Shown here: piece by piece, positions 12,931 through 25,479 of the stretch
Numbering within the stretch: position 1 is the stretch's first letter
Layout: every line of letters starts with the position of its first letter
Assembly (NCBI GenBank): GCA_051530055.1
Contig: CM121341.1
Span: 15,478,784-15,542,783, forward strand
DNA: 64,000 nucleotides
Direction of reading: 5' to 3'
Source: Neoechinorhynchus agilis
Lineage: Eukaryota; Animalia; Acanthocephala
Translations under genes and position numbers: made by a program
The notes under the pieces: generated by a model
What the model saw: the letters and a program-made list of their open reading frames with translations, nothing else
Database searches by the model: none
What the model was told of the DNA's origin: nothing

Positions 12931-13473
12931 GTCGAAATATATAATTCGTCTTTAACGTGATCCCTCTTCTCGGGTGTCGACAAGCGACCTAAACAAAAAT
13001 ACATATCTAACCACCCAATTGCAAGTTCGTGAAAATTAAAAAGCGGTCGAAATCCTTGGCAGAATTTAATCGCGGTTGACGCTGTCAAACCGTTATTAGC
13101 ATATGTGTGGCTCAGCCGTTGAAGCTTTAGAATAATTGAAGTCATTCAAACCATTTACATGGCTGATGTTGGCGAATGGACCAATGATTTGCTCTATGAA
13201 GCGCTGATCTGCGAAAAATACCCATAATCGTACAGGTGAATGACTGTACATCCTTTCGGATACGGCTAAACTCGTCAATGAGTTTCCTCCATTCAGTGGT
13301 ATTTCGTCCACTTTAATCGTACGTCCTCGGCCCTAAAAAGAATCGAACAATCTACTCAAAACATAGATGCGGAGCTTGGATATTCCGGCTCATCTACGCA
13401 ATTTACTAGTTCGAAAAATTTACATGAGCTTGCCTTTGACCACCACCAATATGAATTTTCTTGAAGGAATCAT

Positions 13474-13600
13474 TCATGTTCTATAAAGAGTTCCCCTTCC
13501 GAAGGTAATCAGTCCGTCAATCGCTGCTAATAATAATCCGGTGACACCAATCAAACCCAAAGCGACTGCAGCGCCCTTAAGTCCTCCACGAACATTAGAA
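13474..13600 (-). pseudogene. Partial tandem duplicate of the FIS1 C-terminal tail-anchor
   Basis: RGGLKGAAVALGLIGVTGLLLAAIDGLITFGRG aligns without gaps to FIS1 RDGLTGAAIAGGFIGVAGLLGAAIVGLITFGKG; DNA similarity to 13995-14090 is obvious. Confidence 0.7.
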
Positions 13601-13680
13601 GTAGCGAATCCAGCCATTTCGTCTATCGCTCCCAGAACGGTTTCTATGGGTAATTTTTTAATCTGAACTCTAGTGTTTAC

Positions 13681-13745
13681 GAGAACCCAAAGGTACATTG
13701 GTCATACTCTTTGTTAGTAAACAAATAAACGTGTTATTATTGTGA
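13681..13745 (+). mobile_element. Isolated 3' tail of the L2-like LINE family
   Basis: CCCAAAGGTACATTGGTC followed by AATAAACGTGTTATTATT, as at 26575-26651, 36812-36860 and 43422-43486. Confidence 0.6.
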
Positions 13746-13979
13746 CTGTTGCAAGGACTTCTTCCGGATGCCCGGTGTGCTACCGTAGGAGGTTTGTGTT
13801 GGCGAAAAGAAGGATAACACATATTTGACCATTGTAGATAACAATAATACTTCGTCTTGATTACGTGTCACCGCTAAATGACTAATTACAAAAACAACAA
13901 CTCGATAATAGTGGATACTTTTTTTATTTTGACGAATATACGAGGTTTAGCAGTAATGTTGTTTCGTACATCATTGTTT

Positions 13980-14450
13980 CTATCTTGAATTTCCCTTGCC
14001 GAAGGTTATCAGTCCGACAATCGCTGCTCCTAATAATCCCGCTACTCCAATGAAACCGCCCGCGATTGCAGCGCCCGTGAGTCCATCACGGTATCTCATC
14101 TGTTTTATCTCCTCTTTTAGTTCCAATGCTTGATTGTTATCGGGTTCCATACTAAGGATAGCATCCACAAAACGAATCGCTTCGTCAAAAAACCCAAGTT
14201 TAGCCTCTCCGATCGCCAAGTAATATAAATAATCACGTTTCGCAAGTTCATCATGACTTTCATTATACAATGAACGAATGAGCTCATTTCCCCGTTTTAT
14301 TAGTTCAGGTTTCTTTTTCGGTTGAAGAATAAGGGCGAACGCGTAGTTGAACGTCGCGGATGCTCCAGCTAAACCGTCGTAACGATGCAACTCCTCTTCG
14401 TAAGCTGTCTTAAACGTCTGAAAAGTTAAATCGTCGACCGTACGTTCCAT
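13980..14450 (-). CDS. FIS1: Mitochondrial fission 1 protein (intronless); likely start ATG at 14450
   Basis: FNYAFALI, KRGNELIRSL, KRDYLYYLAIGEAKLG, ILSMEPDNNQALELKEEI, C-terminal Gly/Ala-rich TM anchor with basic end. Confidence 0.92.
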   Translation of the reverse strand: MERTVDDLTFQTFKTAYEEELHRYDGLAGASATFNYAFALILQPKKKPELIKRGNELIRSLYNESHDELAKRDYLYYLAIGEAKLGFFDEAIRFVDAILSMEPDNNQALELKEEIKQMRYRDGLTGAAIAGGFIGVAGLLGAAIVGLITFGKGNSR

Positions 14451-14589
14451 CCTATGAACGGAGGTGCTAAAAACGAGATAATCCAGCATTTTTTGTCAAC
14501 GTATTTCTTCCGTCTCTTTAACTTCGCTAGTTTCATGTAAGATTTCCATCGGCGCAACCGCGAACTCAAGAGCCGCTCAAGGATTCATC

Positions 14590-15200
14590 CATTGAGCTCT
14601 TCCACCAACCAAATCCAGCAAACTATATACCCTTCAAGTTCATTCACACGACCATTTCCCTCCATTCTTTTCCGGGCGTTGAGAACGGCGAACTTCCCGA
14701 ACATCCTGGAACCCGCCCACCTCTGTAGACTAGACGGCCGTAGGCCCGATGGAATTTCAGTCTTCCCGTGGCGGGAGGGCAAATGCCTTCTCTGGGACGG
14801 CACGTGTGTGGATACCCTCGCAGCCAGCAACATCCCCTACTCCCTCGAAATCGCCGGTGGTACCGCCAGTGCAACGGAAGGGAGGAAAATACGGAAATAT
14901 CTTCACTTATCGAGGGCTCACTATTTTTTCCTCTTTGGGGTAGAGACGTATGGAGCGCTCGGCAGCTCGGCATTCTCTCTGCTCCAGGATCTCTCGAAGA
15001 AATTGAGAGAGGCAACCGGAGACTCAAGAGCAGGCGTATTCCTTCGACAAAATATCTCGCTAGCAGTACAACGGGGCAATGCTGCCAGCGTGATGGCGAC
15101 GGTCGAGGAAGGACAAAAGCTGGAATTCGGCGGGAGGTGGTGAGTGTGTTAATTGTCGAGAAATGAAGATTGATTGAATACATTTATTTGATCTTTAAAA
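14590..15200 (+). mobile_element. CRE-like non-LTR retrotransposon 3' fragment (restriction-like endonuclease)
   Basis: RLDGRRPDG...W..GK.L.WD.TCVDTLA, RKIRKY, FGVETYGALG, QNISLAVQRGNAASV; A-rich 3' end near 15195. Confidence 0.8.
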
Positions 15201-15239
15201 AAAAGAAATCGTTTACACGGAATAGATCATATTTCGCTA

Positions 15240-16930
15240 TTAGTCTCTTCCACCAACGCAGATATTTTGGTCACTGCGGAAACATGGTTACACTCCTCCA
15301 TCATCGACAATTCCTGGCTACACTTCTTCCCACTATTATGGAGACGAACGCGTAGGACGTGGAGTCTCCGTTTTCATTCGCTGCGCTCCCCTTATTCCCT
15401 CCCCCTCATTTCCTAACCAATCACCATACCTAGAGTACATCTAAATTACGCTCTCTCTCAAACTTCGCTCCCCCCTTTACAGTCTGGGATAAGAGTGATC
15501 AACACTTATTCACATTTACCAAATTAGTCTCGTGTAATCTATCTTCACACAGAAAATCTATTTTTCACCCGAACCCCTCGGAAACTATGCTTTCTCTCAC
15601 TAATATACTCTCTTCTTGCATGACAACATCTATTCCGAGGAAAACCATTCGACTTTCCAACCGAGACCCACCTTGGATGTCCCCTTTCTTGAAAATGCTC
15701 CAAATAAAGGCGAATAAAGGCTACCACGCATGCAATCCTGATTTCCCCCGTCTTCAATCCTCTCTTGCTCATCACATTCTCAACTCGTGCAATACCTTTC
15801 CGGCACATAAACGCGCCTCCTCTCCCACTCACCTAAGGTGGAAAAACACGAAATGTGCCCTAAGAACAGAAAGACAAAAACCTTTCCCTAACCTACCAAA
15901 CTCCGATTTCCTTGCTGCACTGAACTGTATCAATACGCGACTTTTTGATTCTGACTAAAACACAAACAATCATCTCCTTCTACATCACCGTTCTCAGCTT
16001 CTACAGCTTCACCTCCCATGATTTTCACGTGTGATATCATCATGCTTCATCGGAAACTACCACGCAAATCATCCTCTAACTCTCCCATTCCCAACTGAGC
16101 TCTATGCTTTATCATCTAAGATTTAATTGATCCACTTACCCATATTCTCAACCAAAGTTTCAAGACCGGAATCTTCCTTAATTGCCTTAAAACAACTCTG
16201 GTAATCCTGTTCCCGAAAGCAGGTAAACTTATATCCACCACAAGTTTTCGGCCCATTTTTATCTTACCTTTCTTATCTAAAGTCTTAGAGGGATGCTTTA
16301 AAACAAACCGTCTGTTGATCTTCAATCGAAAAATTTCACCCATTCAATTCAGTTTCTGGTCAGGCTTTTCTTGTACAGATGCCCTTCTTTGTATCTTCGA
16401 TTCTCTTCTTCATAATCTCGATGCACATCCTTTATTTATCTCTCGACTCATCCAAGTCGACATTCATAAAGCTTTTGATCCCGTCGATTACAATCTTCTC
16501 CTTGATACATGCTCTAAATTTGGTTTTCGTTGCACAAAGGGTCCATTAAGTTCTATCTTCTTAAACGCCTCCGATCCCTTAGAATGTCATCCAAAGACCT
16601 TAAGTACTTTTATATGTTTGCCATCCTACCAAAGCTCACCTTCGCATATCTTACCTTCTACAAATTTTCTTCTAATCTATTCAAAAAACCTAATACATTT
16701 CACAAGGGGTGCGCTGTAATCTGCTCCTTCGGACTCCTGCCCTTAGAAAAACACCTCTATCTAATTTTTCAAAGCACTCGAAACGCCTTCATTCTCTTCT
16801 GCCTCAATTTCTACCCCACATTTCTCCTTTTACTCACACTTACAACACTTGTCGTCCCAACATTTTCCATCCTTCATTTCCCCCGCACAAATCTGTACCT
16901 CCGCTCTTTCCTCCCCACTGCTCAATCCTC
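15240..16930 (+). mobile_element. Decayed L2/CR1-group LINE ORF2 (APE to RT C-terminus, internally deleted, frameshifted)
   Basis: PPWMSP, FRPIFILPFLSKVLE, QVDIHKAFDPVDY, C-terminal PHISPF.H.YNT...PRTNLYLRSF. Confidence 0.8.
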
Positions 16931-17039
16931 CGATTGCGAATTGATTCGGAGGAAAGAGCGGAAAACAACAATTACAAAACTAATTAAACAAAATCAAATA
17001 AACCAAAATCAACAAACCGACCAAATTTTCTTTACAAAC

Positions 17040-18762
17040 CATAGTTAACTTACCTAAGTATGTGTCGGAGGACCTTTGTACGGACGTCATACTCGGTCTA
17101 GAATTTCAAAAATAGCACAGAAGCATTCGTTTTGTCTATAATGGTTCCAAAGATGAATTGACAATCAAGCCCCTATCAGACTGTTGCAACTTGGTCAAAG
17201 CTGATATGTTGGAAACCCCATTGCTTGACTCGATCCCTCGGAATATTAAGCATGTTGTGACCAAATCGCGAATGTTTAGCGTTGAAGACCGTTCGTTTAT
17301 CGATGGTGAAGTAAAAAGGTTACTTTATGCAGGCGTGATAGAACCTAATCGATCTCCGTGGAGATCCCAGATTGTAGTCGTCAAAAACGACTCGAATTCA
17401 GGCAAGAAGCGATTAGTTATTGATTATTCGCAGACTATCATTAGATTTACTTCGTTTGGCGCTTACCAATTGCCTAACCTTCACCAGCTTATTAATACCA
17501 TCGCTCAATACCGCGTATTTTCGACCTTCGACTTAAAAAGTGCGTATCATAAAATCGGCATACCTGCTTCCGAAAGACGGAACACCGCTTTCGAAGCGAA
17601 TTGTAATCTTTACCAATTTACGCGTATACCTTTTGGCGTTACAAACTGTGTCGCCGCATTTCAAAGGGCGATGGATAATATGATTAAGGAAAAGAATTTG
17701 GAGTGTACGATTTCATATCTAGATAATGTTACTGTAGCAGGTAAATCGCAGGAGGAACACGACTCGAATGTAAAGCTCTTTATGGAAGCTGTCGAGAAAC
17801 GGAAGTTGACTTTGAATCATTCCAAAACTATATCGTCGGTCCGATCTATCAATCTAATGGGTTACAACATCTGCAATGGAAAGATTCGGCCCGATCCGGA
17901 AAAACTACGCCCCTTATTTGAAATGCCTATTCCTTCTGATTCAAAAAGTCTAGCTCAAGTGCTCGGAATGTTGTCCTATTACTCAAAGTGGATCCAGGAC
18001 TTTTCGTCGAAAGCTCAAATACTCTATAAATGTAGTAAACTTCCGATGGAAACCGATGAGATCAGAGTTGTCAAAGAATTGAAGGAAGAGTTGGGAAACG
18101 CGTCCTTGGGTGCTATCGACGCGAATAGCCCATTCACCGCCGAATGCGACGCGTCTGATGTTGCCGTTTCGGCCACACTGGACCAAAACGGAAGACCTGT
18201 GGCCTTCATGTCCAGGACGCTCAACAAGTGCGAGAGGCAATATCCTGCCGTCGAAAAGGAGGCGATGGCATGCGAAATAAAACAGAACCATGCGAGAAAT
18301 TGAATTGATAGAAACGAATTCAACACATGCAAGAATACGATATGAGGATGGTACGGAAAGTTCAGTTTCGACCAAGGACCTTGCCAAACTTCCAGCACCC
18401 GATAGCACTAACGATAATCTCATCGAGTGCCCAGACGAAGACAGTCGAAGGCCGGGTTCCGGTGATCCAAACGATTGCGAAACGAAGGTCCCACTAGAAG
18501 ACAAAAAACTGTACCACTGATAGCCGTACTGAGATATTCCCGAGTCAACCTTCCACGAGTGCCCGGAACTCCGCCGATCTACACGAATACGACGAAGACC
18601 AGAACGATATCGGTGAAACTCTAAGAGGGCGAGAATGATGTAATAATTACACGCGACTAATTCTTCGTCGCCATAATTCAGCCGCTTACTAATCCGCTCG
18701 CACGTACGCATTCACGCATACCGTTATTTTTCAAGTTGAATAAAACTGTTTGTGTCCACCAC
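17040..18762 (+). mobile_element. Ty3/Gypsy LTR retrotransposon 3' part (protease end, RT, RNase H, integrase C-terminus, 3' LTR); integrase core deleted
   Basis: 381-aa ORF with SPWRSQIVVV, KRLVIDY, FDLKSAYHKI, PFGVTN, YLDNV, ECDASDVAV, PVAFMSRTL..CERQY; then EIELIETNSTHARIRYEDG.ESSVSTKDL. Confidence 0.9.
18636..18762 (+). repeat. Putative 3' LTR (TG...CA) preceded by a polypurine tract
   Basis: AAGAGGGCGAGAA then TGATGTAAT...; AATAAA at ~18740; ends GTCCACCACA. No 5' LTR seen in the window. Confidence 0.55.
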
Positions 18763-18799
18763 AGTGTGCCCAACGAAAAATTATCATCAGTGAAAAAGG

Positions 18800-19870
18800 C
18801 CACGCATAGAGAAAATAATCAATGTTTTAGAATATCGATCATCTTGTTGGGACGTAGCTAAATCGATTGAAAGTAAAAGAAATCTCCTCCACTGCAGACC
18901 CTGTGACATCATTAAGTCTGTACAGAAGTCCGTCATCCTCATACGAATCATCCTCCTCCTTCAAATCTCCTGCGAAATTCGAGAGCGTTTTCCTTAGTCT
19001 CGTGGCATTAGCGAAGAAGGATCAATGATGCGAACATGAACCTTTGTCCCATCATACAGACAGTTCACAAGTTGAGCAACTTGTACTATACAGATCCATA
19101 GCGGTGACCCTTTATTCCAAACTGCGTTTAGTCTTCAAGAATTAGTGGAAAATTTTATAATGTTCAAATACGCTCCCGTGCTTAAAACAAACGCTTTTCT
19201 ATACTTCGGTTTCAATTGTCTTATCATGGAAGCAATGCCAGAAGCTGTCAAAAGTCAACCGGTGCCAGATTTGACACTGACTAAGAAATCCAACAATTCG
19301 GATGAATATGTGTTCACTGTTATTCGGTGAATCCAATAAACAGCAAAACGCTACGAACAATTATTGCCTTCAATGAAATTATTGTTGCTCAGAAAATTAC
19401 GTAAGAATCACAAGGATGGCGGAGGAAATAGTTAATCGAAGTCTCCTGTAATTAGGAAATGGTGTGCATTTGCGGAGTTTATGAACTCCATCATGGACTG
19501 CAGTTTACGCAAATAGGACTCAGGACGAGACGCAAGAGGGCTGTATACGCCAGCAACTGTAAATTCTATAAGACCATTTCTTAGAGGAGATGAGAAGTGG
19601 ACTGCAATGAATTCTACATCTGGGTTTTGTAAAGAGCCTGTGAGTAGACGGTCTTTGCGGTACGTATGGAAGGAAAAGTACCAGGAAATAATGACTGAAT
19701 TGCTGTTGACGAGGGTAAACCATGTTTCTGTTAAGACGGCTACGTCGGGTTTTGAAGTATATTAAATGAGTGAAATTTCGCACAGTTTAGGGAGGAGGCT
19801 TCGAGTGTTGAAGTATATTACGACGGAGAAGTTGATGGTCAGCGACATGTAGAAAATCAATGCAAAACGC
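18800..19870 (-). mobile_element. Decayed L2/CR1-group LINE, APE domain readable at 19440-19860
   Basis: Minus-strand frames give YFNTRSLLPKL, AVLTETWF and VAGVYSP; the distal part (18800-19400) is only weakly RT-like. Confidence 0.55.
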
Positions 19871-19899
19871 GACACAGCGTAGGGGTTTCGAGCGAATGC

Positions 19900-22800
19900 A
19901 CGGACAAATGCAGTTTTCGACGTTGATGGCGGAGGGTGGCAAACCGCCACCCAATTCCTTAAGGATTACTGTGCCTCCCGACAATCGGAAACAAATCATC
20001 GGCGATTCCATTGATCTTTCGTCAACGGGCGTTGATGAAACAGTGATCTCTGACTCTCCCGATAACTGCGGGGGGGGGTCGGTACAGAGCGAGCAGCGAG
20101 ATCAAATGATCTCCCATTTCCAAACAAAAACATCTTCAAATGTCTTTTCAGAACATTATCAAGCCCTTCCTTCCAAAAGATGGCCTTTTGTGGTCACGTT
20201 CAAGTCAAACCCCATTCTTTCAAAACAAGTCATGTACGATACTCTCATGACTCCTTGGGCTCACACATTCAATAACGATGGCATAAAGCGAGTGGATAAA
20301 CTAACTTATTTCGCCGGCAACATGAGGATTTATGTTTCCAAATATGAATGGATGTCCAATCTTGTCGAATTCGCCAAATCCAACCTTCCTAATAATCTCT
20401 ACACGGTCTCTGCAACCTCGCAAAAGGTCCAATTTCTTGTTCATGGACTCCAACCGGACATGTGCAAGGAGGATAGGGATCTTTTCGAATCATCCTTCGG
20501 CTGCACAATTAAATACTTCATCAAATCAAGAAAATCTGGACTTCCAATATCTATTGCAGCCGTTGAGGGTATGAGACATCAGCGTGACGACCTCTGCACC
20601 AGCGGACCTCGGGCCTACAACTGCTTCTCGATCCACTTCACACTGAAATCATTCAGTGAGCAAGATGATTATGGTTTTCCCCGCTGCAATATATGCCAGC
20701 AATGGGGACACTGGTGCCAAAATTACACAAATCAGACGAATGCCAAATGTTGTCACTGCTCTTGCATCGAACACACCTCAGATTGCTGTCCCGACCCACT
20801 TAAGAGGCATTGCGCCAATTGTCAGGGACCGCACGCTGCTTTCTTCAAAGGTTGCCCAGAGTTCAAGAGATACTGGGCGTGGTTCAAAAATAGGGGTAAT
20901 AATCCCTCTAATTCCCCGGCCCGCAAGTCATTCTATCCAGGCTCCTCAAGCTCGGCTTCAGCTTCGTCTGCTCAGGTCACATCTGTAGTCAATAACCCAA
21001 CCTTCACGAATGCGAACTCGACTCCTGTCTCTTCCTACAATCAATTGGTCACCATTGAGCTGCTGGAACGTCATCTCGAAGAGGCTTGTAACAACACGCT
21101 CACAAGTATGCAAGCTCGTATTACCGAGGCTTTGGTCACCTTCGAAAGGAAAGTCAGTGTAATGCTAACACGTTTATCGGAACTTCCTATAACACTCTCC
21201 TCGTTTGTCAAGCATCCAAGCTCCTCCGTTCTCAAAAGACCTATATGTATTCAAGACGACGAAGACAACCTCGTTGATGGCTTCGTAGAAAAGGATTCGG
21301 AATTCGTAAGTCAAATCATCAAGGAACAATCTGAATTAATCAACAACGGAGTTGCGGACCTTATTTCCGAAGCAGGCCCGATCCGCAGAAAATCCAAAAA
21401 GCCCAGGTAATGATGAAGAACTTGTGCCTGCTGCAGTGGAACTGTGGGGGCGACCAATCTTCCAAAAATTAATAGTCTCATATCGGGAGCTTCCTTTTTA
21501 CTTTTACAAGAAAGCAAGAGCATGTATAATACCACTCAACTTTTTAATGTTCTACCTCAGCTTGATTCTCCCGAATACATTTCCTTTATTTCTGATCCAT
21601 TCGGACAATCTTCCCAAGGACTAATTTCTGTCTTCAAATCTTCTCTTAATCCAGCTTTAATATCTTCCTTCATGTCGAATGAGCTATACTACTCTATCTT
21701 CAAATTTTTCTTTACTCGCCGGCCTTTCACTATTGTCAATCTGTACATACGACCCGGCTTTATTCATCGTCCGGCCGTTAAGAATATCATTAAATGCCTT
21801 CTCCGCTCCAATATCGACTTCATTGCTGGCGATTTTAACGATCCCTCAATGAAATGGTCCAAAGCCATAGTTAACTCTGTTAAACCTCAATACGAACTCT
21901 CCGCTTCGCTCACTCCATCGTTTCATATTGCAACGAAAAATGCCCATTCCTTCTTAGACCTTATCATTCACAGAAAATGCTTGAACCTGCTAGTTCCAAT
22001 AGCGCGACAACTGTCTCTCTTCCACCTAACGGGCCATGATGTTTTAATATGGTCCATCGGCTCCAACAATACACCTAGGAGAGTCCTTCAATTGTCTCCT
22101 CTGAACATCGCTCTGTTCAGATCGGTTAATTACTCACTTCTCTCTCATCGCTCTGTTTTAGACAACAATTTAAATTATGCCCTCCCTCATATTAACAGTA
22201 TTATCAATACCACAGCTAATCTGTTTCTCTACCAGCCACAAAGGATTTTCTAGGCCTTATGAAAGCAGATCTTTTCGATTTATTGGGCGTCAATTATATC
22301 AAGCCAAAATTCGTGGAGATGCGCTTCTTGTCAAAGTGCGCTCTAGACATTATTGGGCTGCCCGATGTCGACAACAATTGGCATCCGACCGCGCTATCCT
22401 AGTCTTTACAGCCATTCTCCTCGATGTTGTGGAATACGGTTTCTAGGAAGAAGTTTATCAGTTGGAGAACGAAGCTCACCTCTTGGTTGAAAACATCCTC
22501 TATGGATCATATACTCTCGTCTATCTTTGATTTTCATGCCTCCTCTTGCTCTAAAGGCATCACACCGCCAGTAATTTTTAGGAGAATAATTCGTAATCGA
22601 TCTGATTTAAATCAATCTGATATTGCCAAAGTTTGGTCCCTAAATCCAAAATTGTCCTCATCCAACAGCACCTCAGGGACCAAATGCCTCTCACTGCTTT
22701 CTCGGGATTGCGTCCTCCTTATAGCGAGTCTGATGTTGAAGTGCTCCCCTTATGCCTGGAGAGATATCAACATTTTGAGGCGCATATTCTTGGTTAAAAA

Positions 22801-24045
22801 TGGGAGAAAGTTAGTTAAGGCTCCCAACGACCTTCGGCCGATCTTCCTGCAAAATCATTTGGTCACCATCTATGAGCGGGCTATAGCGCATAAACTAAAT
22901 CTTTTTTATCAGGGAACACAATTGCATATCCCGTAATTGCCATGGCTTTTCTAATGGTAAATCTGCTCACTCAGCGCTGGCTGACATTTACTCGAACTTC
23001 GGCGACGATGCTTACCGTCTTCGCGCTATTTTAGCAGTTGACCTGTCTCAGGCCTTTGACAAAATCTCCTTGAGCTTCATTGTCGAGATGTTAGAATCTT
23101 TCAGGGTTCCTCATGATCTTATTGCCAGAATTCATAATACACCTTTTTCAAAGGCTTTTTATTACGACCATGATGCTGGAAAAACCTTATATTACCCTCT
23201 TAATGGTGGCCCACAGGGATCGCCGCTCTCTCCTACTTTATCGCTCCTGGCTTCTCAATATATTGTACAAAATTTTCCTTATAATGCTGCTTTGATCTGT
23301 TATGCTGATGATATCACCTCTGTGATGAAATCGTATAGGGTCGCCAGCTTAAAACTTTTAATGGAACAGTCAATAGACTATCTTAACACTATGCTACCTC
23401 GCATGAAGCTCTCCCTCAATTTATCAAAAACAAAGTTGATCCAGATTTATTATCGAACGGAAAATGGGTGTTTTATTTGTTTATTGCTTCAAATTTTCGA
23501 CGCCTTGCGTCTTCGTCAGGAAGCTTTTCTTCGGTTGTCTGAAAAGGAATCAGAGGAGGGCAACGCTGTCCGTCAGCTCATCCCTCTTATTGAGCCACTC
23601 CTTTCCAATAATTCTTTGACCTTGCCTGTCGAGTCTTTTATGCCCAGTAAACTGCGTATTCTCGGTCACACGTTTACAGTTAACTTATCCCCCAGGACTG
23701 ACATTTCTCAAATGAAGAAACTTCTGAAAGTAGCTAAATCAAAAGCCACTTGCGCCTACAAATTGGGACTTACGTTTAATCACGTACGTATTATTTGGAA
23801 AACTTGGGCTATTTCCAGCCTAGTGTTTTTTCAAGAGGTCGCCCCCCCGAACACAAGCCACTTTTTATTCAAGAGTTCTTCAGGCACATTGATTCGCTAC
23901 CAAAATCCTGGGCTGGGTTCCTGAAGGATCTTTGCCTGCAACGGTGCAATTGTTGGACATCTAACTCACATTTCTAACTTACTTCATTGTCTATCGCATT
24001 GACTGTATACCTCGCTATGCTGAATAAATTCCTCATTATTATTAT
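19900..24045 (+). mobile_element. Near full-length I/Jockey-group LINE: intact gag-like ORF1, disrupted APE-RT ORF2
   Basis: ORF1 (MAEGG at 19926 to 21410) with three Cys/His knuckles; TAATG stop/start overlap; ORF2 LQWNC, IAGDFND, LRPI, VDLSQAFDK, GPQGSPLSP, YADD with several stops/frameshifts; AATAAA 24023 and (ATT)n tail. Confidence 0.9.
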
Positions 24046-24210
24046 GCACGGGCATCTACATGTTTAACATGATGAATAAATCTTGTGTTGTTGTTAATGC
24101 TATTTCAAATAAATCAATTTTGTCATTCGTGGGATTATGTTCATCTCCAAAATTATAACTTGATTATCCCGGAGGATTTTCTATCAACTTTTTTACTTCA
24201 TTTAAAATCG

Positions 24211-25373
24211 TTAATTTATGCCCAAATGATTAATAATTCGACATAAAATCACAGAGCAAGCCACGGAACTGTTCAAACTTTCTACTCCATTGGACATTGG
24301 AATATGAGCTCGAATTGCATTCGGTATTCCTAATAATTCACCAGAAATCCCGTGTGTTTCACCTCCGATAACAACAAATACTGAAGACGCTTTCCTTACC
24401 TCATTCCCAATTCTGCTGTAGTCGAGGGATGATATATTCTGAACATCGGTTACGGCAATAACAACGAGATCGCTATCGTTAAATTCGTACTCGTTGTTGA
24501 ATTCTTTAATAGAAATCCGAAAATGTCCACCCATCGCTGATCGGAGGACTTTTCTATCCCAGACATTAACCGAACCTTTTGTTTTCAAGAAACTATGCTT
24601 ATCATTTCCTAAACTCACCTTTAGTTACCAAAATGTTCTGGCATCCAAACGCAGCGCACGTCCTGATAATCGTGCCCATGTTTCCAGGATCACGAACCAT
24701 GTCACAAATAACACTTATCGGAACGCTGATACCTGATCGATTATCGTTTACGAGACTTTCATCTGGTTTGCTGCAAATAGCTAGGAACTGACATAAGGAT
24801 ATTGTTCAAAATCTGCACTAACCCATTATTCCTTGAGGAGTTTCCACATCGGACCAGAGTTTAAACGATTCTCGAGGAACCTCGTGGATGTAACATTTGT
24901 AAGGTAGATATTTTAAATCATCAATCAAAGATTTATCGGTTAAAAATATATGTGAAATTGAAGCTCCTGCGTTTATAGCGTCATTGACAAGTCTAAATCC
25001 TTCTAGAACAATCTTTCCACTGTCCGAATCGAGTGCTTGAATGATTTTGGGTCTAGAATAAAGATGAACGTTTTTAAAACGATCATTTTTAATACCCAAA
25101 TCGATGATCACAGTACTTTAATTTCGGTATTTGATGTTTCACCGACTTTTTACTCAATGCACGTTCAAAAATGTCCAGAATCTCTCCGTGGCATATACTC
25201 GTACCTTCGCCAAATGGATTACCAGCTGCCTCTACATAATCCAAATCTATCTGACGAATTTCATCATCCAAGTAAATCCTGCTTCGCTTCCGCCGATTGA
25301 ACGTTATTGATGTCTTTAAATTTCCTTTGCTTCGCACACCGATCAATCGAACAGATGCGAGTTTTGAAAGCAT
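24211..25373 (-). CDS. MRM3: SpoU/TrmH-family rRNA methyltransferase 3 (RNMTL1-like), four exons
   Basis: GKIVLEGFRLV, WSDVETPQGIM, DMVRDPGNMGTIIRT, WDRKVLRSAMGGHF, VIGGETHG, IPMSNGVESLNSSVA; three in-frame GT-AG introns can be drawn. Confidence 0.88.
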
Positions 25374-25479
25374 ATCAAAAAGATAGAGGGTTCAGGAATA
25401 AGTATAGAAATTATCGCAAATAAAGTGGAATTAAACGGACGAATTGTTTATGCGGTGATAATAGAGAATCCGAATTCCG

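Noticed and set aside
12921-13311. Short minus-strand ORFs downstream of the FIS1 duplicate
   Set aside because: No recognisable motifs; lengths are compatible with chance.
14489-14550. Upstream MEILHETS... as an alternative FIS1 first exon
   Set aside because: The available GT-AG intron is out of phase with the FIS1 frame; ATG 14450 explains the protein adequately.
14644-15183. Overlapping 130-180 aa ORFs on both strands
   Set aside because: Shadows of the relatively GC-rich CRE-like endonuclease frame.
17983-18711. 242-aa minus-strand ORF
   Set aside because: Antisense shadow of the Gypsy pol region; no independent motifs.
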